Below are positions 37,122 through 49,035 of a stretch of DNA of 64,000 bases, piece by piece. Made by a program: the position numbers and the translations under genes. The stretch is from Amoebophrya sp. A120 (taxonomy: Eukaryota > Protista > Dinoflagellata): positions 1,791,817 to 1,855,816 of the forward strand of contig CAJINV010000009.1 in the NCBI GenBank assembly GCA_905178155.1. Direction: 5' to 3'. The notes below the pieces were generated by a model that saw only the letters and a program-made list of their open reading frames with translations, was not told the DNA's origin and did not search any database. Positions within the stretch are counted from its first letter, which is position 1; every line of letters starts with the position of its first letter.

Positions 37122-40100
37122 CTACTTCAGCCTGCTTGTATACTTGGCAAGAATGGCGTTGACCTCTGCATCATCCTCGTCGTCGCTACTGGTTGCGGAG
37201 GGAATTTGGTTTCTCAGCGACGAAGTGCCGCGGAAGTGTCGGCTGATGCTTCGGTCCGCCGCTCCGTCGTCATCGCCGTCCTCTTCCTCGCTCGAGAGCT
37301 CTTCGTACTGAATCTTTGGCAATGGCTCAAGTGCCCTGCGCGGCTTTGCAGTTTTATTTGCATTTTTCTTGCCTGCTGTCACCGCGAGTTCAGCAGGATC
37401 CGCGTCGTTCGGCACTTGCCCAGAGGCCCCAGCTGCACTTCGTACGGAGGAGCCCGAGGCTCGAATGTCCTGCGCGCGGGCCTTCATGCGCAGGGCCCCC
37501 TGAGCGGAAACCGGAATAATGCTGTTGCTCAAACCGTCTGTAGTTGTGGCGCTTGAAGATGAAGTCGCATTACGCGCCCCGCCGTCTTCGTGCGCCGAGC
37601 GCACCGAAGAAAAAGCACCCGCGCCAAGGACAGGAGGGGATTTCGAGCGGTCGGATTTCTCCAGCGAGCTCTTCCGCGCCGAACTTCGCGGATACCGGAA
37701 GTTCAAGACCTTCAGGGGTGCCGTAACGGTGATGTCGGCGAGGTCATTCAAGCCGGTCCCGTTCATGCTTTCAGACATGGAGAAATCCTCCTCCTCTTCC
37801 TCCTCATCGGAGGCAAATTGGTCGAGTTCGCCATCGAAATTTGTCGCCGGAAGCGTCTTCTATCCCATGCAAATTAACCATCCCCATCCACTTTTTGCAT
37901 GACTAATACAGATTTTATAGACAACATGTTTTGCATGACAAATTGGATGGGGATGGTTAATTTTCACAGAATATCTTCCACCCGGCCGACATCACGCTGC
38001 TCGCGTCGGAATTCAGGTCGTCCTGGTCGTGGTCTCGGAAAGAGGGCGATTTGTCCGCAGCTATTCCGTGGTCAGTAAAAGCGTCTGGACTACTAGAAAT
38101 ACTTGCAGGAGCAGCCGCGTTTTGTATCTTTACGTTGTTCTTTCGATTTGATGATCCCTGCTTCAAAACTTGCAGTTCCGAGATACTTAGAGCATCGTCG
38201 TCGTTCTGATTCGTTCTCTGAGCTGTGTCACTTTTGTCTTTCTTCACGACGTCAAATTGTGAAGATGCCGACTGGGGTGGAGGCTGCTTCCGGCTGATGT
38301 ACACTTGCGGCTTACTGGCTCCGGGATTCGTGCTCGCGCTCGAGCCTCCTGCTTGCTGGTGAAAAACGGACGTGACAGCTGCAGATGCAGTGGCTGAGTT
38401 CGGTGTTTTCATCTCCCCGTTGTTTCTAGTGGTCTTCCTACGGGTGTTCTCGCTTCGCTCAGGGTCCGTCTCCGTCAACATTTCTTCATCCTGATGCACG
38501 CCAGTGGAGGATCTTGGGGACGTGCTGGGCATGCGGTCCGTGCTGTCCTTCGAGTGCGACGGCTTCTTCACTTTGTGAAACCCGATTTCGCGGTCGGGTG
38601 CGCGCGACCTCACGTGCGCCTGGTGGTGGTCGATCTGCTCGCGCGACCGGCCGGGATGCTCCACCTCGATTTCGACGCTCCTCTTGCCCGACGAGAGCGT
38701 GCTGTTCTTGCTGTTCACGGGCGACAATACCTCGCGAAACTGCTCGATCTGCTCCGGCTCGAGGGTGTCGCGGTACTCCTGGCTTTTGCGAAGCAGGATG
38801 TGTTCGCGTGTGCTGCTGGATGACGAGGTCGCCCGGGTGGCACCCTGAGTGTGATGCTGCTCTTCTACCACTGTACGCAGGGGCCCAACGATGGACGACA
38901 GGTGCGAGTAGGGCGCCGTTTCGAGCATGTAGTTGGCACTTTGGACCAGCTCGGCAGCAGAGGCGGCGGATCGGCTCGTCGCGTTCTTCGCAGCAGCAGA
39001 AGCAGCTCTCTGTTGTTGGCCAGTCGCAGCAGCTCCAAAGCCGAGATTCAGACCACTAAGAATCGAAGTGCTGGGGCCGTCAAACTGGATGCTCGTGTTC
39101 ACGGCGACACTGTGGCTCGTTTGCGCGGGCGGCGACCGCTCCTCTGCATCCTGGTCGTCTGGCCGTGGTCCTCTGGATGTTGCTCCGCTGGAAGACTCCT
39201 TCTGCTCGGTGGTCGAAGCGGCTTCTGTATGGATTATTAGTGTGCTGGACGAAGAGATTTATCTTGCGTATTAAATTGCTATGTTGAATTTGGTGTGAAC
39301 TTCTATACTGGAAGCCATAACAACTAGAGGACGTCGCATGCTTTTCACAAAAAAAACATACAACGAAAACAATCGAGGAGTCCGCTGCGATCATCGCGAG
39401 CAAGGCGGTGGAATATCAAAGACACAGGTGATGAATTTCGGAGACAGAGACAAACAAACTGCGGTCAGGTACGTATAAATATTTTTACTTTTCGCCAGTG
39501 CCGATGTCAGGTCTGTGACTTTCTGCTGTAGGGACAGCAGCTGGTCCTGCTGTTTCTGGAGGAACCCCCAAAGCTTCTCGTTTTTGCTCCAGGACGAGAC
39601 GGTCGAATCGTCGAGGCCTATTCGAGGCGGTGGACACTGCTTTTTCAGCGCGCTCCACTGGGCAGCAAAGTGATCGAGGTCCTGTGGCAGAAGGTTGATT
39701 TCCCGCGAGTCGAAAAGGAAAACTTGACCTCCCGTGAAGAAAAGGACGAGATGTCTCAGCGTATTTAGCTACCAAAAGTGAATAAACGAAACCGGTTCAT
39801 TGTTATGTGCTTGAAAAAAACACGAAAAAATCTTTAAAGTACATCTGTGGCTTGGAGCAAGAGATTATTTTCCGTGTGCTTGTTGTTCATGGTCTTTCCT
39901 GCGCCCAAGAATGTTCCCCCGGCGCGGCCAGTCTGCCCGGCGTTTTTCTCCGTTTTTGTGCCAAGACCACGGCCGCCGCTCCAAAAAACCTCGGTCTTTG
40001 GACTTCGCTGCGAGGGAGAGGCTGACCCGCTTTCCCGGCCGGCCGCCTCCTCCGCAGGAAGTAGATCGCCGGGGTTAATATCATCCTTCACGATCAAAGA

Positions 40101-41396
40101 GGAAACGTCCCCTCGCTGCAAGAAATCGAAGCTCGCGTTGTGCGAAGTCCGCAAAAACTGGTTGTGGTCGACAAAGCTCTCCTGCACGACCTTCTGTCTG
40201 GAAGAAGAACTGCGGATGCTCGCCGCCGCGGCTGTCGGCAGTGGCGTGCACAGCTGTAGCTCCACGGTTTTCCTGCTGTTCGTCGTGCCGGCCTCGTCGT
40301 AGTCCAACTCGACGGTCGCCGCGTAGGTAGTCTCCCCGCAGGTCTCCAAGTCCACGACCCTGTTTTTTGACAACGTGGTCTGGATAGTAGCTGCTGCTCC
40401 ACCGTCGTCGATTTTATGTTCCCCGGCGATCGTCGTGGAAAAGTTCACCTCGAACGAGCGCGTTAGCGCTTCTTGCTCCGTCGCGAGTTGTGGTCCTCGG
40501 TACAGAGCGAGGCAGAGAAACGTTTTCGGGCTTATGAAGATGCGATTATGGAGATTTTGGCTCGTCACAAACCGCATGCATGCCTGCCAAATCAGCGGGT
40601 GGTCCACCTGTGATAGGTTGCAAATAACATCAATTTCCAAACAATTACAATTTTGAGCGTTCATGTTGTACTACAGTCGATCATACGCAGATGAAGCTCG
40701 TTGAAGATGGTGATGACGTACATGTTACACTCCTGCTTCTTGTCAAACAAGATAAACAAAACGCTCTCCACCTTCAGTAAAGGGTATACTTAGTCAGTGG
40801 GTGGAGAGAAATTACGAGAAAGACAATAGACGATGACGAATGCCGAATGTATGCCGACACGACTCCTCGTGCGTAGTAAGTACTTGGTCCACTGCGATGG
40901 GTATTGTTCTGTCCCCACTTGCTTCCGCGAGATCCTCCATTTCATCTCCGCTCGTGGCGCCGCCCGGTGTCGTCCTTTCACTGCTATACACATTGACAAG
41001 GTCGACCCAAACGCCGACCAGCGGGGTTTTTAAGGCTGCTGGGTCGGTCTCGAGGAGTGGAATGGCCTTCCGTGTCTTGTCTAGCGTGACGTAGCCGAAT
41101 TCCATCTTCCCGCCGCGTCGCGTCGTCAACAACCTCTTCGACAGAGCGCAGTTGTCGCTCTGTAGGGGCACGTTGTAGAGAAGCGGCTTGAGCACGAAAG
41201 GGATGCGTGGAACTTTCGCGAGGAGCTCAATCCGCACCGTGGAGCTGTACCGATCCGCAAAGGCAATGCAGGAAAGCGCGAAAAATTTGTCGCACGGGAT
41301 CGGGCCCTTCTCCTGCATCGTGGAAGTATTGCGATAGGTGGAGATCTCCTGCAGTTGATCCGAGTCCAGCTCGGGCAAGCAGTGAATTACCGTCAT
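37122..41396 (-). CDS. STIL: STIL/SAS-5/Ana2-like centriole assembly protein; proposed exons ~41396-40893, 40607-39843, 39768-~39474, ~39246-37974, 37855-37122
   Basis: N-terminal block [31 protein letters not shown]...[12 protein letters not shown]...RIF matches the STIL N-domain pattern. An exon absent from the ORF track encodes [19 protein letters not shown] (central coiled-coil pattern). C-terminal LPKIQY and EVNAILAKY resemble the STAN region. Confidence 0.72.
37861..37973 (-). mobile_element. TAT-family introner, 113 bp, perfect TSD GAAGA, near-complete hairpin
   Basis: TCTTC at 37856-37860 and 37974-37978. Perfect 20-bp arm AAATTAACCATCCCCATCCA/TGGATGGGGATGGTTAATTT. Joins ORFs 37957-39102 and 37122-37778 in frame (AGWK|TLPATNF). 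Confidence 0.93.
40608..40892 (-). other. GT-AG intron bounded by an 8-bp direct repeat GTGGACCA
   Basis: TGGTCCAC at 40600-40607 and 40885-40892; in-frame join IPIA|VDHPLIW within the STIL N-domain. Confidence 0.6.
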
Positions 41397-42828
41397 GTCG
41401 GAACTCACTTCTGCGTAGGGGAGGCTGCAATTTTTTGATTTTCGGTTTTTAGTTTCAGGTGGAGGTTGATAGGATAGCTGTCAAAATAGCAATCTTTAAC
41501 ACTAGCTTCGTGTGCGTTCTAGTACCCTGCTCTCGCGTCATCTAGAAAATAGTTGCCTTCGGTTCGTCGAACACCGAGACTGCCCAGCGCCGCTCAACAA
41601 AACCAAAACGGTCTAAATGGGAGGAGAAAAGGATCAAAAAAATGAATCTTCATTTGTCACGACAATGCATATTTATAGGTAGTGCAGTGTCTGTCAGCAG
41701 TCTTACTTGTCGTAACGCTCCACGGCGAGATGCAGGACTCCAGGCGCAGTGCGCGAATGGGTCAGCAGCGATCCGCGACGGTAGCCCATGTAGCGGGAGA
41801 CAGATGTGGGAATGCTCAATACCGGCCGCGGTCCGGAGGGAAGATGTCGCACGATTCCCGAAGTTGTGCGATCCCACAGCACGTTGCGCCGCGTCGGAAA
41901 ATGATCCTCCGACATCACGCTCATGTTGCAAAAATGGGGCTCAGCAACACTCACAATGTAGTCAAACAATGCTCGTTCAACATCCTAGCTGCTCGTACCC
42001 CGGTAGCAACCGATGCTGCAGCATGATTCTCCAAGAACCGAATCTAAGTGGTCCTCCGACAGAAGCAACGAAGCAGAAGCAATATGTTTTGTATGATAAA
42101 TTGATGTTGAAGATCCTGCGCGTTTAATGCGCTACTTGCTTCCTACTTTCTGTAGTTTCCGATTCCGCTTTTCATTTTCTATATAGAATATCTATTCGCG
42201 TTTGTTCTTGTGGCAATTTTGTGAGAAAACCAAAACTCGCTCTTGCTCTCGGGAGCTAGTTCAGATACATGTACACGGCGGGGTGGACGTGGTAGAGCTA
42301 CATCACGAAAGCAGAGGCAGATATACTCCACCAGGTGGAGAGCAACAGAGCGACAATGAATACTTCCACTTCATCACGAGGACAACTTTGACGTTCTGTG
42401 ACACCATGATGTGAAAAATCAACAGAGCTCCTGTTGTGACTGTGTCGTGAAGTGGTCCATGTGCAGGATCTCACTGATGAACACCACCCGTAGTGCCATT
42501 TTTCCAATCGTGTTCTTCATTTTAAAGATACACTCATATCAAACATGTCCAGAATTTAGTTCTTGTTGACGACCTCAACACCGACTGACGGATGTTGCTG
42601 CTTGTGCTCTTTGTCTTACCGTCGCTTTATTTCATCTACTTGGTTTATTTGGCCAAGGAGCGCTTCCGTTTGGGCAGCGGCAGACTGTGTGGTGAAGTGT
42701 CCTCTTCACCTGCGAGTTATCGATCGTTGTGGAGGCCACGCACCGGAATCTTCTTCGTAATATGTAGTTGTTGTATCTCGATTCCGCATCCACGTGTGTT
42801 TCGCTCAGCCTAGTCAAAATTTTCTATG

Positions 42829-43833
42829 TCATGGAAGAAAAAGTTTAATCGCCTGGAAAAAAGTCTTGCGGCAGAGGTGGCAACGCTTGTCTTTCAGTTT
42901 GTCCACACACGAACCACAAGCGGTATGTCCGCAGGGGACAAGAACCCGGTCTACGGTCCGCGTGAGGCACACACTACACTCCAGTGACGCGGCTGCAGGA
43001 GGCTCGACCGGCTCAATTGCGTCATGATCTCCTGAGGGAGCGACGGCCTGCGATGAAGCTGAAGCAAAGCGGCCTCCTGACGAGGTGTGCTCAACGCAAG
43101 AACACGAGCTGTTGGCAGGACCAGCTGGGGACGGTACTTGCTTTCGTTTCGTCTGGGGACGGATCTTGTTTCGTCCAGAAGGGGACGGTACTCGCTCAAC
43201 GCAAGTACCGTCGCGGCACTTGCTTTCGCTTCGTCGGGGGCGTTTTCGTATGCCGTGCACCAGGTTGTAGTCGTCGTTGTAGCTAGATGAACTACTTGGG
43301 CTTGAGCTCCCAACTGTGCTGCGGGACGATACAGAAGTTGATTCGTGGTCAATGTCTAGTTTAGGTCTCTTCTTCGGTGCACCAGTGGAAGATGCAGCGA
43401 GACGACCACTACACGGAGCAGAACTGGCGGGCTTCGCAACACTACAAAGAGGTCCGGAGCCTGATGTTGCTTTTTCTGTGTGAGCCAAATTATTTTTTCC
43501 GGGCGGGTGCATTGAAATTGTCGTTGTGTGGTCGTCCTCTTCGTCTCCAGTTGTCTCCTTGGCATGTCTTTTGGTTTCTCGACGTTCGACACCCGATCGC
43601 TCCGATTTGCACCAGTTTACAAAGCACAGGAACGTCTCGACCGTATTGAATCCGCGCCCTCGGTTCAATGTGTACGTATCCACCACGTCCTCATCGATGA
43701 TCCAACCGGCATCCAGCACCTTTGCCGCTTCTTCCAACGAAGCCTTTTCTTTTTCCGTGGGACGGGCTTGGACAAACACCCGCGCGAGAACGCCTTCTAA
43801 ATCCACAGAAAGTGAATCGCTTGGAGTGGACAT
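42829..43833 (-). CDS. RING-HC (C3HC4) finger protein, putative E3 ubiquitin ligase
   Basis: C-terminal CSVCLTRTVDRVLVPCGHTACGSCVDKLKDKRCHLCRKTFFQAIKLF. Confidence 0.88.
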   Translation of the reverse strand: MSTPSDSLSVDLEGVLARVFVQARPTEKEKASLEEAAKVLDAGWIIDEDVVDTYTLNRGRGFNTVETFLCFVNWCKSERSGVERRETKRHAKETTGDEEDDHTTTISMHPPGKNNLAHTEKATSGSGPLCSVAKPASSAPCSGRLAASSTGAPKKRPKLDIDHESTSVSSRSTVGSSSPSSSSSYNDDYNLVHGIRKRPRRSESKCRDGTCVERVPSPSGRNKIRPQTKRKQVPSPAGPANSSCSCVEHTSSGGRFASASSQAVAPSGDHDAIEPVEPPAAASLECSVCLTRTVDRVLVPCGHTACGSCVDKLKDKRCHLCRKTFFQAIKLFLP

Positions 43834-45061
43834 TTTCAAGCGTTTTTTTGATACAACCCGGCTCTAGATGCTGTTGCCGTTGCGCCGTTTATTTTTTCCT
43901 TATGAACTTTTTCTTTCGAGAAAATGTTGGTTACCTATCGGTGGAAAAAAACAAAAACCAACGATCGAAAACGCAATGCGTGCGAAACACAATTCAATGT
44001 CAAAGTCAAACTAACCAAATAGATCTTCCAGCTTCTCTGGAGGGTTTGATCTTTGTTCGCGTTGACTCAGCAAGTACGTCAAACATGCCCATGCGTCATC
44101 CAGAAGACTAACATCGAACAGATCCTCACTCTTAGTAGTTATGGATTGCAGCGATTGCAAGGAAAGTAGGAGATGCAGAACTTTTCTTGTAAGTAGCCAT
44201 GTTTATTGCTCACTCAGGCCAGAGGCGGAACGGACACGGAGGCACAGAAAAAATCAAAACGAAAACAAGCTACATTGAGATGAAGAAAAAGGAGCTCCCT
44301 ACTGCACTCGTGCTCCACTATCTGAGCGCCGAACAAAATCAAATACCTGCCTGAGCTTGAGGCAAGAAAGACAAGAAAGATAGAAGCACCGTCGAAGCGA
44401 ATTAGTATCAGATAATTGCGCAAAGGCGCATTTTCATATTTTTGTTTTTTTATATTTGTCTTTTGGTCTGCTGGTGTGCCTGCGTGTAGTTTTTTTTTGG
44501 GGCCGAAATGCGTGCCTACGTGTATAGCGTGATCTATTTTTGGTATTTTTTGAAAAAGATTTAGCTGCAGCGTTAATTATTGGAGTCAATGGAGGACTTC
44601 ATATTGTTTTGCATCTGCGGCCTCTTCGTCTTGTTCTACAGCCTTGATAGAGTTTGAGAAAGACACGATCGTTCGAAACAGCATGGCGGCGCTCTGATTC
44701 AGGTCAATCTGACAAACAGGAATACAGGAGGTTACAATGAGACAACAAGTCGCAAGCATCAATGGATCAAGATGATAACATAAGGCTGTAGTAATCTTCG
44801 CGTACTAAGACAACTAAATTGCAATTGAATTGAACAAGAATGTTGTGCAAAGTGAGAGAGTAGACGTAGAGTCTGAATGTTAATGTTTCTTCAGGGCATC
44901 AAAAATACATCTACAGGCAAGCATCTATATCAAGACACAGAGACAAAAATGTCAAATTGATTCAAAAAAGCAACAAGAACGAAGTTGTAATATCGCTTCT
45001 ACCGATACCGGTTCATTGTGCGAGTAAACCACGGACCCGCAGACGTAACGCCCCTTCTTCA

Positions 45062-48000
45062 TCACGGAGAGCTGCAGTACTTCTGCGCTCGCTCGATTTT
45101 GTAGTTGTTTTTCATCCGCGAGTTGGTGTCAGTCTTCTTCTTCCCCGGGGTTTTCGCTGGGCTAGCCATTTTCGCAGCGCGCATCGCCGCGTCAAATTCG
45201 GCTTGGAGCAGCTGTTCATTTTTATTGCAGAACTGAACAAGACTGGTGAAGAACATGACAAAAGTACGTGTAGTGCAAACAAAGCAGCGTGAGTGTCCGT
45301 GTCAAAAAAACATGATGACACTCCGTCAGGAAGCTATTCTTTCTCGGTTGTAGCTCAAGTTCGGACTCCGACTCACACAAGCAACAAGCTACTTACCTGT
45401 CGTTCCGACTTTCCCCCACGGCTTTTCTTCGGCGATTCTTCCTTTTTCGGCGACTTCACCTTGTTCGCCTTTTTGGGCGACCGGGTTTTCTTAGCGCCTT
45501 TCACTTTCCCGCTTTCCTACGGTTTTTTGATTTTGTATACTCTACGTCGCGTAATAAGCGGCCCTCAAATAAGGTCAGAGGTCACGAGACAACATTTGAC
45601 GCCCGGACGCTTGACGACAGAGCCTGACGCGCGTGACGTCGTATGGGCTAAGCACTAGTCGAACCGAAACCATGCCGCGCGGAGCACAAAGAATTTGCCA
45701 GGCAGACTAGCCTCTGCCTGCACTGTAAAGACCCTTGCATGCTAACCCCAATGCCGGCGACGCAGAAGCATCGGGGGGCTATCTGTCCTCTGCGTTTCTA
45801 AAAAGGGAGCTAGCGCGGTTCTTTCGCAATAATTCCGAGGGGCTAACCGCCCTTTGCATTTTGTACAGGAAATCTAGCCCGGTCCTGGGACAAAAATTTC
45901 GGGTGGCTAACCTCCCTTTGCATTTCAAAAAGGGAGGCTAGCCCGGTCCCTGGGCAAAGTTTTCGAGTAGCTAACCTCCCTTTGCATTTCAAAAAGGGAG
46001 GCTAGCCCGGTCCCTGGGCAAAGTTTTCGAGTGGCTAACCTCCCTTTGCATTTCAAAAAGAGAGGCTAGCCCGGTCCCTGGGCAAAAATTTCGGGTAGCT
46101 AACCTTCCTTTGCATTTCAAAAAGGGGAGTTAGCTCCTGCCCAAAAATTTCAGTTGGCTAACCTAGGTTTGCATTTCAAAAACCTAGGTTAGGAAAAATG
46201 AATTGGCGGGCTTTTGCTAGCCGCCCTTTTCAAAATGAAAAGGGCGGTTAGGAAAAAAAAAGCGCGCGGCCACGCACTCCCTTTCACACACTGCGCGCGC
46301 ACATGATGCTGGCGCCGTGGGAATAAAAAAAATTTTCGCGCGCTGCGCGCGCCCGAGTCGTAACCTTCTTCCTTCGGGAGTTAGCTCCTGCCCAAAAATT
46401 TCAGAGGGCTAACCTAGGTTTGCATTTCAAAAACCTAGGTTAGGAAAAATGAATTCGCGCACTTTTCCTAACCAAGGTTTTCAAAATGAAAACCTCGGTT
46501 AGGAAAAATAAATGTGGCCGTTTGCGAAGGCGGCCTTGGCAAACGGCCACATTTTTTTTTCCTAACCAAGGTTTTCATTTTGAAAACCTTGGTTAGGAAA
46601 AAAGGCCAAAATCATTTTTCCTAACCGAGGTTTTCATTTTGAAAAGGGCGGTCAGGAAAAATTTCAATGGGCTAACCTCTGTTTGCATTTCAAAAAGGGA
46701 GGTTAGGAAAAATGAATTCGCGCACTTTTGCTAACCGCCCTTTTCAAAATGAAAAAGGCGGGTAGGAAAAAAAATCCGGCCGCTTTCCCAGGTTCAGCCT
46801 GGAAAAGCGGCACATTTTTTTTTCCCCATTCAAATGAAAAGGGCGGTTGGGAAAAAGGCGCCAATTCATTTTTCCTAACCTCCCTTTTTCAAGTCTCGTT
46901 CTCGTGCCCAAGCCACGGCTGCCCATTACCTGAAAAAGTATTGAGGTTGTGAGAATTTAAATGGTGGCTTTCTAGCAGCCAGACTGTGCAAGTTGCGGCA
47001 GATGCACTATCACAAGGAAAAGCAAACGATAGGCATCGCAAATGCAGAAACCGACTTGCGTTTTTCATTGTCCGGAAAGGAGAGCAATTAATAGCGCCAC
47101 TCGTCGCGCACGCAGCATGGGATTGCGGCGGGCGAGGGGTAAGCTTTCCGATTTTCAGTTGCCTTGCTCGTTTTCTTGTTCAGTTCTTGCGCCTGGGCTG
47201 TGCAGTTGCCGCAGACGCGCTACGCCAATGATTACGCGTATGCATCTTGAATACATAGAAGCAACTTGCGCTGTTTGTTCTACGGAAATAAAGGGCGCAC
47301 GCCTGTCGCACAAGGACGAGCAGCAGACGCAGCGCACAAAGGTTCCGACGCGTTTTTGTTTTCCATTCCTAGTCATCAGCTACTCGCGCTCGCTAAAATT
47401 ATTCCGAGCGATGGGGCGTCAAATGTCTGGACTTATGAAAGGGCCGCTAATTCGGTTCTATAGAGTATTTGATCTGCGTTGCAGTTCTATGTAAATATTT
47501 CCTCGGTAAAAATGAAAATCTACCACGCACCATGGGTGCGTGGTAGAGGCTTCTCATGATTTGTTTCTCGCTTTTTTAAAAAGCGAGAAACAAATCATGA
47601 GAAGCCTCTTCTATGCAGAAGAAAAAGCACTCCAGCAAATTCATACGGCCTCGGACGCCGACGCGGAGGCAGCGGTGGTAGAGGACTTGGTGCTGGTCGG
47701 TTCCTTCACTTCGCCCTTCAGCAGGACCAAATCGGCCTCCGCAATGGTGTTGACATCGACGACGAGGGGCTGTTTCATTCCGATCATGATCGCGGGGGAG
47801 GTCAGGTTCACGACCGGCGGCTGCGCCGTAATAGCGTCCGCCAGCACATCAGAGGGCTTCATTTCCAGATCCTGTTCCGGCTTTTCCTTTTCGTCATCAT
47901 CAGCTCCCCCCTCCGCAGCCGCCGCCTGCGGCTTTTCCGATTGCTCGGCCGCAACCCGATCCTCCTCTTTTCCCTTCAGCAGGGACGTGTCGGCATGCTG

Positions 48001-48138
48001 GTTGACTTCGTCCACCGGAGTGGTACCTTCACCCGGGACAACGGGCGCCGTGGTTGGAGCAGCTTCGGCTTGCTCGCCACCTTGCTCGGTGGACACAAGG
48101 GCAATCAACCCTTTGAAACACTCTTCCAGGGACGACAT
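45062..48138 (-). CDS. Three-exon protein with acidic N-terminus and basic SPKK/TPxK tail; exons 48138-47647, 45516-45397, 45232-45062
   Basis: Phase-0 canonical junctions GCC|GTATGA...CGTAG|GAA and CAG|GTAAGT...TTCAG|TTC. Exon 2 reads ESGKVKGAKKTRSPKKANKVKSPKKEESPKKSRGGKSERQ. Confidence 0.65.
45840..46890. repeat. Array of about 13 palindromic ~37-bp units (CTAACC-N4-TTT(G/T)CA..T..AAAA-N4'-GG(T/C)TAG), period mostly 59-64 bp
   Basis: Examples: GCTAACCTCCCTTTGCATTTCAAAAAGGGAGGCTAGC (45906, 45970), GCTAACCTAGGTTTGCATTTCAAAAACCTAGGTTAG (46157, 46408), CTAACCAAGGTTTTCATTTTGAAAACCTTGGTTAG (46562). Confidence 0.92.
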
Positions 48139-49035
48139 CGTGACTTTCACTTATTGTGGTCTTGGCGATGCGGCCGCGGATTCGGATTGAGTCTTAGTTC
48201 TAATCTGGTTTTTTCCTAAGTACTTAAGTAGGTGCTTAGATAGACTGCTTGTGCAGTTTTCTATCCGGCGCAAAGAACTGCGACTTAAACTCTGACTTAC
48301 ATAGATGAACTCACAGGAGCTACAAAAAACCTTTTGCTTCCGCGCTGTGCTTCTCTAGAAATTTTCTGGAAAATGCTGAATATTGCGCTCTATTCTGATT
48401 CATGATCACCCCGTTTGAAAGAAAAACGGAGACACGAGGACACCCAACGACCACGAAGCGAGTGGCGAAACGAGAACGACGATTTAAATGAAGTGCTGAC
48501 GCGATGATGTTACGGGTAGCAGAAATGAGTCATCAACAACACGCAGGAGCACAAAGATGATATCCGACGATACGACTGATAATTTTTGTTACAGTTTCTA
48601 AGTTTCAGCCATGACGACCCAGAAAACGATTGGTGATACTGGTGCAACAAGGTACGACGTTCGCCCTGTGAATTGTCCCTCGTGATTTCAGCAGTCCTGA
48701 GATGTAGAGTGGCGAAAGTTTTAATTTGTTTTTCTCGTCTACAAGACCAAGACGAATCATACGACAGCTGTGACACAACAGCGGCCATCTATATTCAAGT
48801 GCTCCGGCGATTGCCTCGTGCTGAAAGCTTCACGACTACACCTACAGAGACAGAAATGAAAAACAAAAACGAACCCGCTGCATGAGCATGCTGCTGATCT
48901 CTGTCGAAATAAAGTAGTAGAATTCATCGTGCTGCAAAGGCGAATAGTGAGTTTTTTTCCTGCAGCAGTTCTTGTTTCGCTGGAATTCAATCAACGTCAA
49001 ACATTAGTCGTGTGCCGCGAAGGCAGGGGGTATAG

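Noticed and set aside
45840-46890. CRISPR array (palindromic ~37-bp repeats with ~25-bp spacers)
   Set aside because: The spacers are themselves repeated, the repeats vary and flip orientation, there are no cas genes, and the context is a eukaryotic intron.
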